A stretch of 64,000 nt of DNA from an uncultured bacterium (GTDB taxonomy: Bacteria > Actinomycetota > Actinomycetes > JAVEEB01), in contig CAXSDE010000004.1 in assembly GCA_964236265.1 (NCBI GenBank), forward strand, positions 32,331 through 96,330. The letters are read 5' to 3'. Below the pieces are notes generated by a model. The model saw nothing but the letters and a program-made list of their open reading frames with translations, was not told the origin of the DNA and did no database searches. Positions 1 to 8,490 of this stretch are shown piece by piece. Within the stretch, counting starts at the first letter, position 1, and each line of letters starts with the position of its first letter. A program made the translations under genes and the position numbers.

Positions 1-309
1 GGTGTCCAGCGGTCGTTCCCCAACCCGGCGGGCCCGGAGTCCCAGCACGGTCACTTCATCACCGAGCGGGATGTCGTCGAGTTCACGGCCCGCGTGCCGG
101 CCGAGATGCTGACGCCGGAGACGATCGGCCGCGTGCGGGTGACGCTGCACCGGGTCAGTGAAGAGGCGCAGGCGCAGCGACTGGGCACCGAGCCACTGGC
201 CCGCCAGTTCGAGCGGCAGGTCCGGCCGCTGGCGACCCTCGAGGGGCTGCCGGAAACCGTGCTGCCACAGGCGATCGAGGCCCGCGGCGGGACCACGCCG
301 AGCGTCTAG
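1..309 (+). CDS. 3' end of a gene that starts upstream of the window (hypothetical protein)
   Basis: The frame is open from base 1 and is the same frame as ORF 94..309, ending at the stop at 307-309. Composition is coding-like. No family recognised. Confidence 0.3.
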   Translation, partial: GVQRSFPNPAGPESQHGHFITERDVVEFTARVPAEMLTPETIGRVRVTLHRVSEEAQAQRLGTEPLARQFERQVRPLATLEGLPETVLPQAIEARGGTTPSV

Positions 310-392
310 GTGGCGTACGGCAACCGGCCCGATCGTGGCACCCACGGTCGGGCCGGTTGCCGCTGTGCGCAGGTGCCTGCGAGGCTGCAGCC

Positions 393-626
393 ATGGCACC
401 TGAGGACGACGATGCCGGGCGGTTCGGTGCGCTGTTCCGTCAGCTCCTGGAACAGGTCGTGCACGGGCCTGGCTCGTTCACAGCAAATCGGCCGGGCCGG
501 GTCGACCAGGCGGTCGAGATCCCGCTGTCCGACGACGCCGAGCGGCGGGGGCTGTTCCAGCTCTACTCGCGCGAGGTGCCGTTCGCGGACGACGACGACC
601 GCGACGACACGCAGCCCGGCGGCTGA
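393..626 (+). CDS. small acidic hypothetical protein
   Basis: ORF 357..626 carries an internal Met (MAPEDDD...) and has non-repetitive composition. No homology recognised. Confidence 0.2.
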   Translation: MAPEDDDAGRFGALFRQLLEQVVHGPGSFTANRPGRVDQAVEIPLSDDAERRGLFQLYSREVPFADDDDRDDTQPGG

Positions 627-747
627 CAGGGTGCTGCCGGCATCGTGAAGCGGACTGCGCCATGTGCCGGACGTCGGCATGCTGAAGGGACGAGCCGGGT
701 GGGCTCGTCTCCTTCGTGCGGTACTGCGGCCGAGATGGCCACGTGTT

Positions 748-811
748 GTCAGAAGCGGCGGGAGTCAGAAGCGGCGGGGGTCAGAAGGGGCAGGGGTCAG
801 AAGGGGCAGGG
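748..811. repeat. tandem repeat, 4 x 16 bp (GTCAGAAGSGGCRGGG)
   Basis: Four adjacent copies are seen directly in the sequence at the 3' end of the DUF222/HNH gene. Confidence 0.7.
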
Positions 812-2446
812 GATCTCGACCACTGGCCGCGGTGTCGACGGTGGCGGCGGGTCGTCGGGGACAGGTTGCCGCGGGAGGGCGCGTGGGGGTGGCAGGGAGC
901 GTTCGTGGATCGCGCACCCTGTCGGGCAGATGAACCGGGGTGACGGGATCTCGGTGGGGGCGGCGGGGTGCGCCACGACGTGGTACTCGTGCCCGGTCCG
1001 CGTGATCCAGGTCAGGCGCCCGTCGCGGCGGAGGAGTTGCCACCCGCCGGCGTCTTTCATCCGGTGATGCCGGCGGCAGAGCGGCGCGAGGTTGCACGGG
1101 CACGTGTCGCCGCCCTCACGGAACTTCACGGTGTGGTCGAGGTCGCAGAGTTCGGCGGACCGGTTGCACCCGCGCATCCGGCACGTGCCGTCGCGGGTGA
1201 TGACCGTGTCGGAGCAGAACTGCGATGCCCGGTAGATCGTGGGGTCCATCGCGATGAGCGAGCCGGTGAACGGGTCGGTCAGCAACCGGCGGACCCGGGC
1301 GTCGGCGGTGATCAGGTCGCGGGCGAGTTGCGCGTGGATCGGCCCGTAGCCTTTCAGGATCGCCGGTTGATCGGTGATCCCGAGGAACGCGCCTGCGGTC
1401 ATCGTGACGTGGATCTCCGTCAGCGGACGGCCGTGCGCGGTCACCGTTGTCGGTGCGGCGGCGAGCTGGTCGCGGGCCCACGCAACGAGCGCGTCCGCGC
1501 GGAGCTGCTCGACCGTGCGGCCGGAACCGACGTGCCGGCGTGCGTATTCATCGACGGCGGCGCGGACCTCGCCCGCCTCGTCCGCCGTGACCCGGAACGC
1601 GAGGTCGGTCATCGCGTCGGGCTGATTGACAACGCACATCCCGCGGCCCTGCTTCGCGTCCTCATGCCGTTGCGCCGCCGCGTCCGGGTCGACGGCGAGG
1701 ACCGCGGTCCGGGTCGCTGTCACCAGCTCCCCGCGCGTCATCTCCCCCGCCACCGGCAGGACTCGGTCACACACCTCATCGACCCCGACCCCGTCGAGGT
1801 CCCGCAACTCCCGGACCAGGTCATCCGCCTGCGTCGCCAATAAGGACCCGCCGGCCAGGGCCGCCCCGACGCGCGCGAGAGGACCACACCGTTCGCGGGC
1901 CGAATGCAACCGGCCCGCCGCGGTCACCGGCGCCAACCGCATCGCCATGGCGACCTCTTCCCGCCCGAAATCGTCCAAGCTCCGCTTCGACCGCCCGGCC
2001 AGTGCCACGACCGCCGCGTCCGTGCGCGCGGTCACCCATCCGGTGACCCGGACCCACACCGACAGCAGGTCAGCCGCGGCCCACGCCGGCCATCCCGCCG
2101 CCCGCCGCTCCAGCTCCGGGACCCGGGTCAGGGCATGCGCGAGCTCCACCACCCGCGGCGACGGCGGCTCGGTCGACAGCCAGCGCAGCAGGTCACCGAC
2201 CGGGACCAATCCCAGGACCTGCTCGACGTCCCATTCCCCGATGAACGCGGGCACATCGAGCTCCCCGCGCTCCAACAAGTGCGCCGGGCACTCACACTCC
2301 ACCAGCTCCTCGACACCATCCCCGGACGGCCCGTCCCACCGGTCGAGCACCCACTGCGGGATCCGCGCCTCCGCTGACGGCGGCACCGACTGACGCACCA
2401 CCGACGGCAGCACCGGGTCAGTGATCACCGAAACATATTCGAACAT
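797..2446 (-). CDS. DUF222 / HNH endonuclease protein (REP13E12-type element ORF)
   Basis: C-terminal HNH motif CRMRGC...DLDHTVKFREGGDTCPCNLAPLCRRHHRMKDAGGW. The N-terminus MFEYVSVITDPV is typical of actinobacterial DUF222 proteins. The six-frame ORF extends to 2650 only because it reads into shifted gpgS remnant sequence; the internal ATG at 2446 is the likely start. Confidence 0.8.
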   Translation of the reverse strand: MFEYVSVITDPVLPSVVRQSVPPSAEARIPQWVLDRWDGPSGDGVEELVECECPAHLLERGELDVPAFIGEWDVEQVLGLVPVGDLLRWLSTEPPSPRVVELAHALTRVPELERRAAGWPAWAAADLLSVWVRVTGWVTARTDAAVVALAGRSKRSLDDFGREEVAMAMRLAPVTAAGRLHSARERCGPLARVGAALAGGSLLATQADDLVRELRDLDGVGVDEVCDRVLPVAGEMTRGELVTATRTAVLAVDPDAAAQRHEDAKQGRGMCVVNQPDAMTDLAFRVTADEAGEVRAAVDEYARRHVGSGRTVEQLRADALVAWARDQLAAAPTTVTAHGRPLTEIHVTMTAGAFLGITDQPAILKGYGPIHAQLARDLITADARVRRLLTDPFTGSLIAMDPTIYRASQFCSDTVITRDGTCRMRGCNRSAELCDLDHTVKFREGGDTCPCNLAPLCRRHHRMKDAGGWQLLRRDGRLTWITRTGHEYHVVAHPAAPTEIPSPRFICPTGCAIHERSLPPPRALPRQPVPDDPPPPSTPRPVVEIPCPF

Positions 2447-2576
2447 GTGTTCGATCCTACGCCTCGCCGGGGGGTGTTGCAAGAAGACTGGCGGGGGAGT
2501 GTTGCAAGAAGAATCGAGCGATGTGACGACTGTTTTCAGGCCGGGCTGTCCACAGCTGGAGTTGGCGCCAGCCCCG

Positions 2577-3155
2577 TCACCATCCCTGAGCAGGCGGACA
2601 GCAGGGGCCGACGACCCCCCGGTCGCACCGCTCTTCGCGTCGAGGAACACGACGAGGTCGCCGGAGGACGCGAGCAGACCCTTCCACAGCGCCTCGCCCC
2701 TTGCCGGGGCGCTCGCCCAGATCCGGCCGGATGTCCGTAGCGGCCAGCACGCGCGCGCCGGCCGCCCCGGCGACGGCGGCCGTGTCGTGCGTCGACCCCG
2801 AGTCGATCACCAGGACCTCGTCGATCAGGCCTCCCGCACCCATGAGATGCCGCCGGATCGTCGCCGCGATCGCCCCGATGGTCGCCGCTTCATTGTGGGC
2901 CGGCAGCACCACCGAGGTCGTCGTACCGGATGCAAGGGCAGCAAGATCGACCGCGTCGTACGAGCCGACCGTCCGCAGCACCTGGCCGCCTCCCGCCAGG
3001 GGCGAGGAATGCACCCGATATTCTTTCGGTTTGACGCCTCGTGGGCAGTTGCCCACACTGAGGTCAACTCCTCGGATCGTGCAACTCCCGGGGATGACAA
3101 CTCCATACCGCTCATCCAGAGGGGCAGAGGGACCGGCCCGGTGAAGCCCCGGCAA
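2577..3155 (-). pseudogene. glucosyl-3-phosphoglycerate synthase-like GT2 gene (gpgS-like), 3'-truncated by an element insertion
   Basis: VVLPAHNEAATIGAIAATIRRH...IDSGSTHDTA...PGKG matches the GpgS N-terminal half. After GKG the reading frame shifts. The shifted frame still reads EALWKGLLASSGDLVVFLDA (GpgS-like) and then diverges into the HNH element sequence. Confidence 0.55.
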
Positions 3156-3249
3156 CCATCACCGTCATGCGCGAAAGCGCTCGGCGGCGACAGGTGCCAA
3201 TTCCGGCTCAACGTCGAAAGGCGCTGGGGAAGATGAGGAAAGGCTCACT

Positions 3250-4509
3250 GTGACCATCTCTGTCGAAGCGCCCGCGGGCGCCTTCGGTCCTGCCACCGCA
3301 CTCGTCTGTCGCGAATGTGGCACGACGTATCCCCTCGGCCCGCAGCACGTCTGCATCGAGTGCTTCGCACCCGTCGAGATGGGCTACGACGACGACCGGC
3401 TCGCAGCCGTCACCCGCGCGAGCATCGAGGCCGGCCCGCAGAACATCTGGCGGTACGCCGGGCTGCTCCCCGCCCCCGCCGAGGAGTTCCGCATCGGCGA
3501 CGGCGTCGGCATGACGAAGCTCATCCGCGCCGACAACCTCGCCCGCGCGCTCGGCATGAAATCCCTGTGGGTGAAGGACGATTCCGGCAACCCGACCCAC
3601 TCGTTCAAGGACCGCGTCGCCGCCGTCGCCCTGTCCGCAGCCAAAGCGCTCGGCTTCGAAACCGTGGCCTGCGCATCAACGGGCAACCTCGCGAACGCGG
3701 TCGCCGCCGCGGCGGCGCGGGCCAACCTCAAGTCGGTCGTGTTCATCCCCTCGGACCTCGAGCCGGCGAAGATCGTGACGACGGCCGTGTACGGCGGCCA
3801 GCTCGTCGCCATCGAGGGCACGTACGACGACGTCAACCGGTTGTGCAGCGAGGTGGCCGGTGAGTTGCCGTGGGCGTTCGTGAACGTCAACATCCGGCCG
3901 TTCTACGCGGAGGGTTCCAAGACGATGGGCTACGAGATCGCCGAGCAACTGGGTTGGCGCCTCCCGGAGCAGGTCATCAGCCCCATCGCGTCGGGCTCGC
4001 TGCTGACGAAGGTCGACAAGGCGTGGCGTGAATTCTCCAAGCTGGGCTTGGTGGACGGCACTCCGTACAAGGTGTTCGGCGCGCAGGCCGAAGGCTGCAA
4101 TCCGGTCGCCGCCGCCTACGAGGCGGGCCGTGACTTCATGATCCCCGTCAAGCCCGACACCATCGCCAAGTCGCTCGCGATCGGCAACCCGGCCGACGGC
4201 CCGTACGCCATCGACATCGCCCGCCGCACCGGCGGCGCCATCGGCCAGGTCACCGACGAGGAGATCGTCGACGGCATCCGGCTGCTGGCGTCGACCGAGG
4301 GCATCTTCGCGGAGACGGCCGGCGGCGTGACCGTCGCGACGCTGCGCAAACTGCTGCGCGAGGGCAAGGTCGACCCGGACGCCGAGACCGTGCTGCTCAA
4401 CACCGGCGACGGCCTCAAGACGATCGACGCGATCGACCACGCCGTCGGCCCGACGGTCACGATCAAGCCGTCCCTCGACGCCTTCCTGCAGACGGGCGTC
4501 GGCCAGTAG
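3250..4509 (+). CDS. thrC: threonine synthase
   Basis: GTG start preceded by GAGGAAAGG. N-terminal Cys4 zinc ribbon (CRECG...CIEC). PLP motif SFKDRVA. 419 aa, typical for actinobacterial ThrC. Confidence 0.9.
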   Translation: MTISVEAPAGAFGPATALVCRECGTTYPLGPQHVCIECFAPVEMGYDDDRLAAVTRASIEAGPQNIWRYAGLLPAPAEEFRIGDGVGMTKLIRADNLARALGMKSLWVKDDSGNPTHSFKDRVAAVALSAAKALGFETVACASTGNLANAVAAAAARANLKSVVFIPSDLEPAKIVTTAVYGGQLVAIEGTYDDVNRLCSEVAGELPWAFVNVNIRPFYAEGSKTMGYEIAEQLGWRLPEQVISPIASGSLLTKVDKAWREFSKLGLVDGTPYKVFGAQAEGCNPVAAAYEAGRDFMIPVKPDTIAKSLAIGNPADGPYAIDIARRTGGAIGQVTDEEIVDGIRLLASTEGIFAETAGGVTVATLRKLLREGKVDPDAETVLLNTGDGLKTIDAIDHAVGPTVTIKPSLDAFLQTGVGQ

Positions 4510-4546
4510 CTCGCCGGTCGGCACGCAGCGCCGCTAGATTGGCGCC

Positions 4547-6958
4547 ATGAGTCGACGGGTGGGGCGCGTCGAGAAAGACACGTGCCGCGATTTCGTGCTG
4601 CCCGCACTCGCGGCGGCAGGGTGGGGCCCGGACATGATTCGCGCGGAGTTCCCGGTTGCTGCGGATCGAGTGATGAGCCGGGGAGGCTTGAGCAGAGACA
4701 TCGGTGACGGCCGTGTCGACTACCTGCTCGAAGCCGTGCCTGGGGTGGCTGTGGCGCTTGTGGAGGCGAAACGTGAGTACCGGCAGCCGAAGCACGGGCT
4801 GCAGCAGGCGATCCGCTACGGGATGCAGCTCGACGTCCCGGTCGTCTATGCCACGAACGGGCGGGGGATCGTCGAACACAATTTCGTGACCGGAGCCGAA
4901 CGGGCTGTCGAGTCCGTGGCCACTCCGGCTGAGCTGTGGAGCCTGTACGCCGAATTCCGCGGTCTCGACGACGATGGGATGCAACTGGTCTGTCAGCCCT
5001 TCAACCGCCGGCGGACGACCGCCGCCGGTGACGTCGTGAGCCCGCGCTGGTACCAGGCAGTGGCTGTCCACCGGGTGCTTCAGGCGATCGCCACCGGCCG
5101 CGACCGGGTGCTGCTCTTGATGGCTACAGGGACAGGCAAGACCTTCACCGCGATGCAGATCGTGGCGAAACTCCGGGGTTTCGAGGCCATCAAGCATCCC
5201 GAACGGAACTATCGAGTCCTCTACCTCGCGGACCTCGACGTCCTTCTCTCCAGCCCGATGAAAAAGGACTTCATGCCGGCGTTCGGATCGGAGCCCCTCC
5301 ATCGCGTGAAGGGGGGCGCCTCCTTCAGTCGTGAGATCTACTTCGCGAGCTATCAGGCGATGACTGGACAAGGAGACGCCGACGCTCTCTTCGGCGACTA
5401 TCCACGTGATTTCTTCGACTTGGTCATCGTCGACGAGTGCCACCGGGGCAGCGCGTCGGCGGATTCCTCGTGGCGCCGGGTGCTCGACCATTTCGCGACC
5501 GCCGTGCAGCTGGGCCTCACGGCGACTCCGAAGCAGGACGCAGAGGTCGACAGCTACGAATACTTCGGTGACCCCGTTTTCACGTATTCACTGCGCCAGG
5601 GCATCGAGGAGGGGTATCTCGCGCCGTACCGGGTGCGCCGAGTCGTTCTGAGCCCGGACGCGGACGGCTGGTCGCCGTCGCCCGGCGAGCTCGACAGGTT
5701 CGGCCGAGACATCCCGGAGGGTAAGTACTCGACCAAAGATTTCGAGCGTGCCGTGTCATTGGTCGCGCGGACCAGGCTGGCCGCGCGTCACCTCTCGGCG
5801 ACCCTTCGGCAGGACCCTTCGGCTCGAACGATGGTGTTCTGCGTCGACATGGAGCACGCGCAGGATATGCGAACTGCCTTGGTCGAGGCCAACCCCGATC
5901 TCGTACGTGATGACCCGGAATGGGTGGTGCGCATCGTCGGTGACGAGCCCGAGAAGGTGCGGCTACTCGAAGCCTTCATGGACCCAGAGGCAAGCACGCC
6001 TGTCGTCGCGACGACCTCGAAGATGCTCTCGACCGGGGTCGACGTCGAGGACCTCAAGTTGGTCGTCCTCTTTCGCCCCGTGGGCTCGATGGTCGAGTTC
6101 AAGCAGATCATCGGCCGTGGCACTCGGCTCTATCCGGAGAAGGGCAAGACTTCCTTCGAGATCATCGACTACGTCGGAGCGAGCGCGAAGTTCAGCGATC
6201 CCGACTTCGACGGTGTGCCGATCCGCGTACGCATCGAGTCGGTCGACGCCGACGGCGACGTGACCACCTCCACGGAGGTGCCGACTGGCGTCGACACGCC
6301 GGAGTCTCCACAAGTGATGCTCGCCGAGCCGGTGCCGCCCTTCCTGGCACACAACCCGGACGAAGAGCTGATGCCGGGGACGGGGGACTCTCTTCGCGGG
6401 AAGCTCTACGTCGATGACGGCGAGTTCGAGGTCGTTGCGGAAGCGAGGCTGGTCCCGGACCTCTCGACCGGCCGGACGGTCTTGGTCGAATACCGCCAGT
6501 ATGTGGCCGGGGCCGTGCGGGCGATCTCCGTGTCCGCGGAAGAGTTCACCGAACGGTGGTCCAGCTCGACGACGCGCGAGGCAGTCCTGGCGGAGCTCGC
6601 ATCGCGGGGAGTGGTGCTGTCCGAGCTCGGGGGCGACGACGCGTCGGACCCGCTGGACCTTCTGCTGCAGGCAGCGTGGAACGTCCCCGGTCTCACGAGA
6701 TCCGAACGGGTCCGTCGCGTGCGGACGGCGCATGCAGGTGAGCTTGCCGCCCTGTCGGCCACCGCGCGCAACGTCCTCAGTGCGCTACTCGACCGCTACG
6801 CAACGCATGGCGTCGAAGAGATCATGTCGGGAGAGCTCCTCGTCGTCGAGCCCTTCCGCACCCTCGGGTCGCCGACCGAGCTGGCCGGCGCGTTCGGCGG
6901 AGCGGCAGCCTGGCATGAGTCAGTCGAAAGACTCCAGGCCTGGCTGTACTCAGCGTAA
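4547..6958 (+). CDS. hsdR: type I restriction enzyme R subunit (EcoEI-like HsdR)
   Basis: HSDR_N-like N-terminus. Helicase motif I LLMATGTGKTFTA and motif II VIVDECHRG. C-terminal EcoEI_R_C-like region. 803 aa. Confidence 0.9.
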   Translation: MSRRVGRVEKDTCRDFVLPALAAAGWGPDMIRAEFPVAADRVMSRGGLSRDIGDGRVDYLLEAVPGVAVALVEAKREYRQPKHGLQQAIRYGMQLDVPVVYATNGRGIVEHNFVTGAERAVESVATPAELWSLYAEFRGLDDDGMQLVCQPFNRRRTTAAGDVVSPRWYQAVAVHRVLQAIATGRDRVLLLMATGTGKTFTAMQIVAKLRGFEAIKHPERNYRVLYLADLDVLLSSPMKKDFMPAFGSEPLHRVKGGASFSREIYFASYQAMTGQGDADALFGDYPRDFFDLVIVDECHRGSASADSSWRRVLDHFATAVQLGLTATPKQDAEVDSYEYFGDPVFTYSLRQGIEEGYLAPYRVRRVVLSPDADGWSPSPGELDRFGRDIPEGKYSTKDFERAVSLVARTRLAARHLSATLRQDPSARTMVFCVDMEHAQDMRTALVEANPDLVRDDPEWVVRIVGDEPEKVRLLEAFMDPEASTPVVATTSKMLSTGVDVEDLKLVVLFRPVGSMVEFKQIIGRGTRLYPEKGKTSFEIIDYVGASAKFSDPDFDGVPIRVRIESVDADGDVTTSTEVPTGVDTPESPQVMLAEPVPPFLAHNPDEELMPGTGDSLRGKLYVDDGEFEVVAEARLVPDLSTGRTVLVEYRQYVAGAVRAISVSAEEFTERWSSSTTREAVLAELASRGVVLSELGGDDASDPLDLLLQAAWNVPGLTRSERVRRVRTAHAGELAALSATARNVLSALLDRYATHGVEEIMSGELLVVEPFRTLGSPTELAGAFGGAAAWHESVERLQAWLYSA

Positions 6959-6999
6959 ATTTTAGTTACAGGTCGTGAGACTCAGATGAAACTAAAAAT

Positions 7000-7623
7000 A
7001 TGGATGAGTGCTACGGTCGCTCAGTGCCCGGTCCCCGACAGGAGCTCCGTCAGAAACTGACGGCACTCGCCTTCTCGCAGTCTGGCTACTTCACGGCGTC
7101 TCAGGCTCTGTCGGTGGGCTACACCTACCAGGCGCAGAAATATCACGTCGACCACGGAAACTGGCTTCGGGTGGACCGCGCGCTTTTTCGCCTCCCCCAC
7201 TGGCCCGCCGATCGTGCCGACTCCTTCGTGCGGTGGTCGCTCTGGAGCGGCGGGCGGGGCGTCGTCTCCCACGAGTCCGCCCTGGCTGTGCACGAGTTGT
7301 CGGACATCGACCCCTCGCGCGTCCATCTCACCGTCGACCCCACTTTCCATACGCGAGACGACGCGGTGGTGCTTCACGTCGCACAACTCCGAGATGACGA
7401 GATCGACAGGCGTGGGGCGTGGGGCGTGACCACGCCTATGCGCACCCTTCTCGACGCCGCCGCCTCGGCCCTTTCCCAAGAGCATGTCGACGGCGCCGTC
7501 TCTGACGCCCTCCGGCTCGGACTCATCACGAGACGCGGTCTCCTCGCAGTGACGGATGGCAGCGACCTCATGGCTGCGCTGCGGCTCGAGCGCGCGTTGG
7601 CGAGTGCGGAGGCGCACCAGTGA
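7000..7623 (+). CDS. abiEi: AbiEi-family antitoxin / transcriptional regulator (type IV TA)
   Basis: 207 aa with the COG5340/AbiEi architecture (N-terminal wHTH, C-terminal domain). Its stop overlaps the GTG start of the downstream nucleotidyltransferase toxin gene (GTGA). It sits directly after an AT-rich spacer. Confidence 0.7.
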   Translation: MDECYGRSVPGPRQELRQKLTALAFSQSGYFTASQALSVGYTYQAQKYHVDHGNWLRVDRALFRLPHWPADRADSFVRWSLWSGGRGVVSHESALAVHELSDIDPSRVHLTVDPTFHTRDDAVVLHVAQLRDDEIDRRGAWGVTTPMRTLLDAAASALSQEHVDGAVSDALRLGLITRRGLLAVTDGSDLMAALRLERALASAEAHQ

Positions 7624-8490
7624 CGGGGTCCGACGCCGCACGCAATCTCGGCCATCGTGTGCGGGAAAGCGCTGCAGCGAGGGGGATCGACGCCGCGCGT
7701 CTGAGGCGTCAATTGGTATTTCAACGGATCCTGGCCCGTCTCGCCCCGACTGGCCTGTGGGTGCTCAAGGGCGGCTATTGCCTCGAAGTCCGGCTCGACA
7801 CGCAGGCGAGGGCGACTCGCGACCTTGACCTCGCTTTGCTGTCGTCCGTCGTTTCCACCGTGCTCGACGTCCAGGATCTCCTGGGCGCAGCCCTGGAAAC
7901 CGACGTCGACGGGGACGGGTTCCGCTTCGACGTGGAACTGCCCGTCGCGCTGGCAACGGATGAGGCGGGCAATCGAGGCTGGCGCGCCACCGTGCACGCG
8001 GCGCTCGGCGGCGAGAGATTCGCGTCCATCAAGCTCGACGTCGTCGCGCGCGCTGCGGAGATCGAGGGAGGGACGGAGACGCTCGACGTTCCCTGCCCGT
8101 TGCCCAGCTTGACGTACGACGCGGTCTCGATGCCGGCAGTGGACGTCGCGCAGCATGCGGCGGAGAAGGTGCATGCCTATTCGCGGGTCTATGCGAACGA
8201 CCGGCCGTCGACTCGGGTCAAGGATCTCGTCGACCTCGCCCTGCTTCTTGATGCCGAGCTCCTGGACGACGCGCGCTGGGCGGCGCGGCTGCGACATGTC
8301 TTCTCCGTCCGGGACTCATCGCCCCCTCCGCCTGCGCTTCCACCACCACCCGTCAGTTGGACCGGTCCGTACAAGGGCCATGGCCGCCGAGCTGTCGCTG
8401 ACAGGGACCGACGTGGTCGCAGCGTGGCAGCGGGTCAATGCGAAGTACGAAGGCGCGATCGACCCCACCATCCAGGAAGGCGCATCATGA
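7620..8490 (+). CDS. abiEii: AbiEii/AbiGii-family nucleotidyltransferase toxin (DUF1814), apparently frameshifted near 8375
   Basis: N-terminal NTase motif (KGGYCLEV...RATRDLDLAL) typical of DUF1814. The C-terminal about 40 aa (MAAELSLTGTDVVAAWQRVNAKYEGAIDP, stop 8488-8490) lie in the +1 frame. Frame 0 instead runs on, with no stop, into hsdM. Confidence 0.65.

Noticed and set aside
968-1843. 291-aa plus ORF antisense to the HNH gene
   Set aside because: It is a shadow ORF. The HNH motif and DUF222 N-terminus are on the minus strand.
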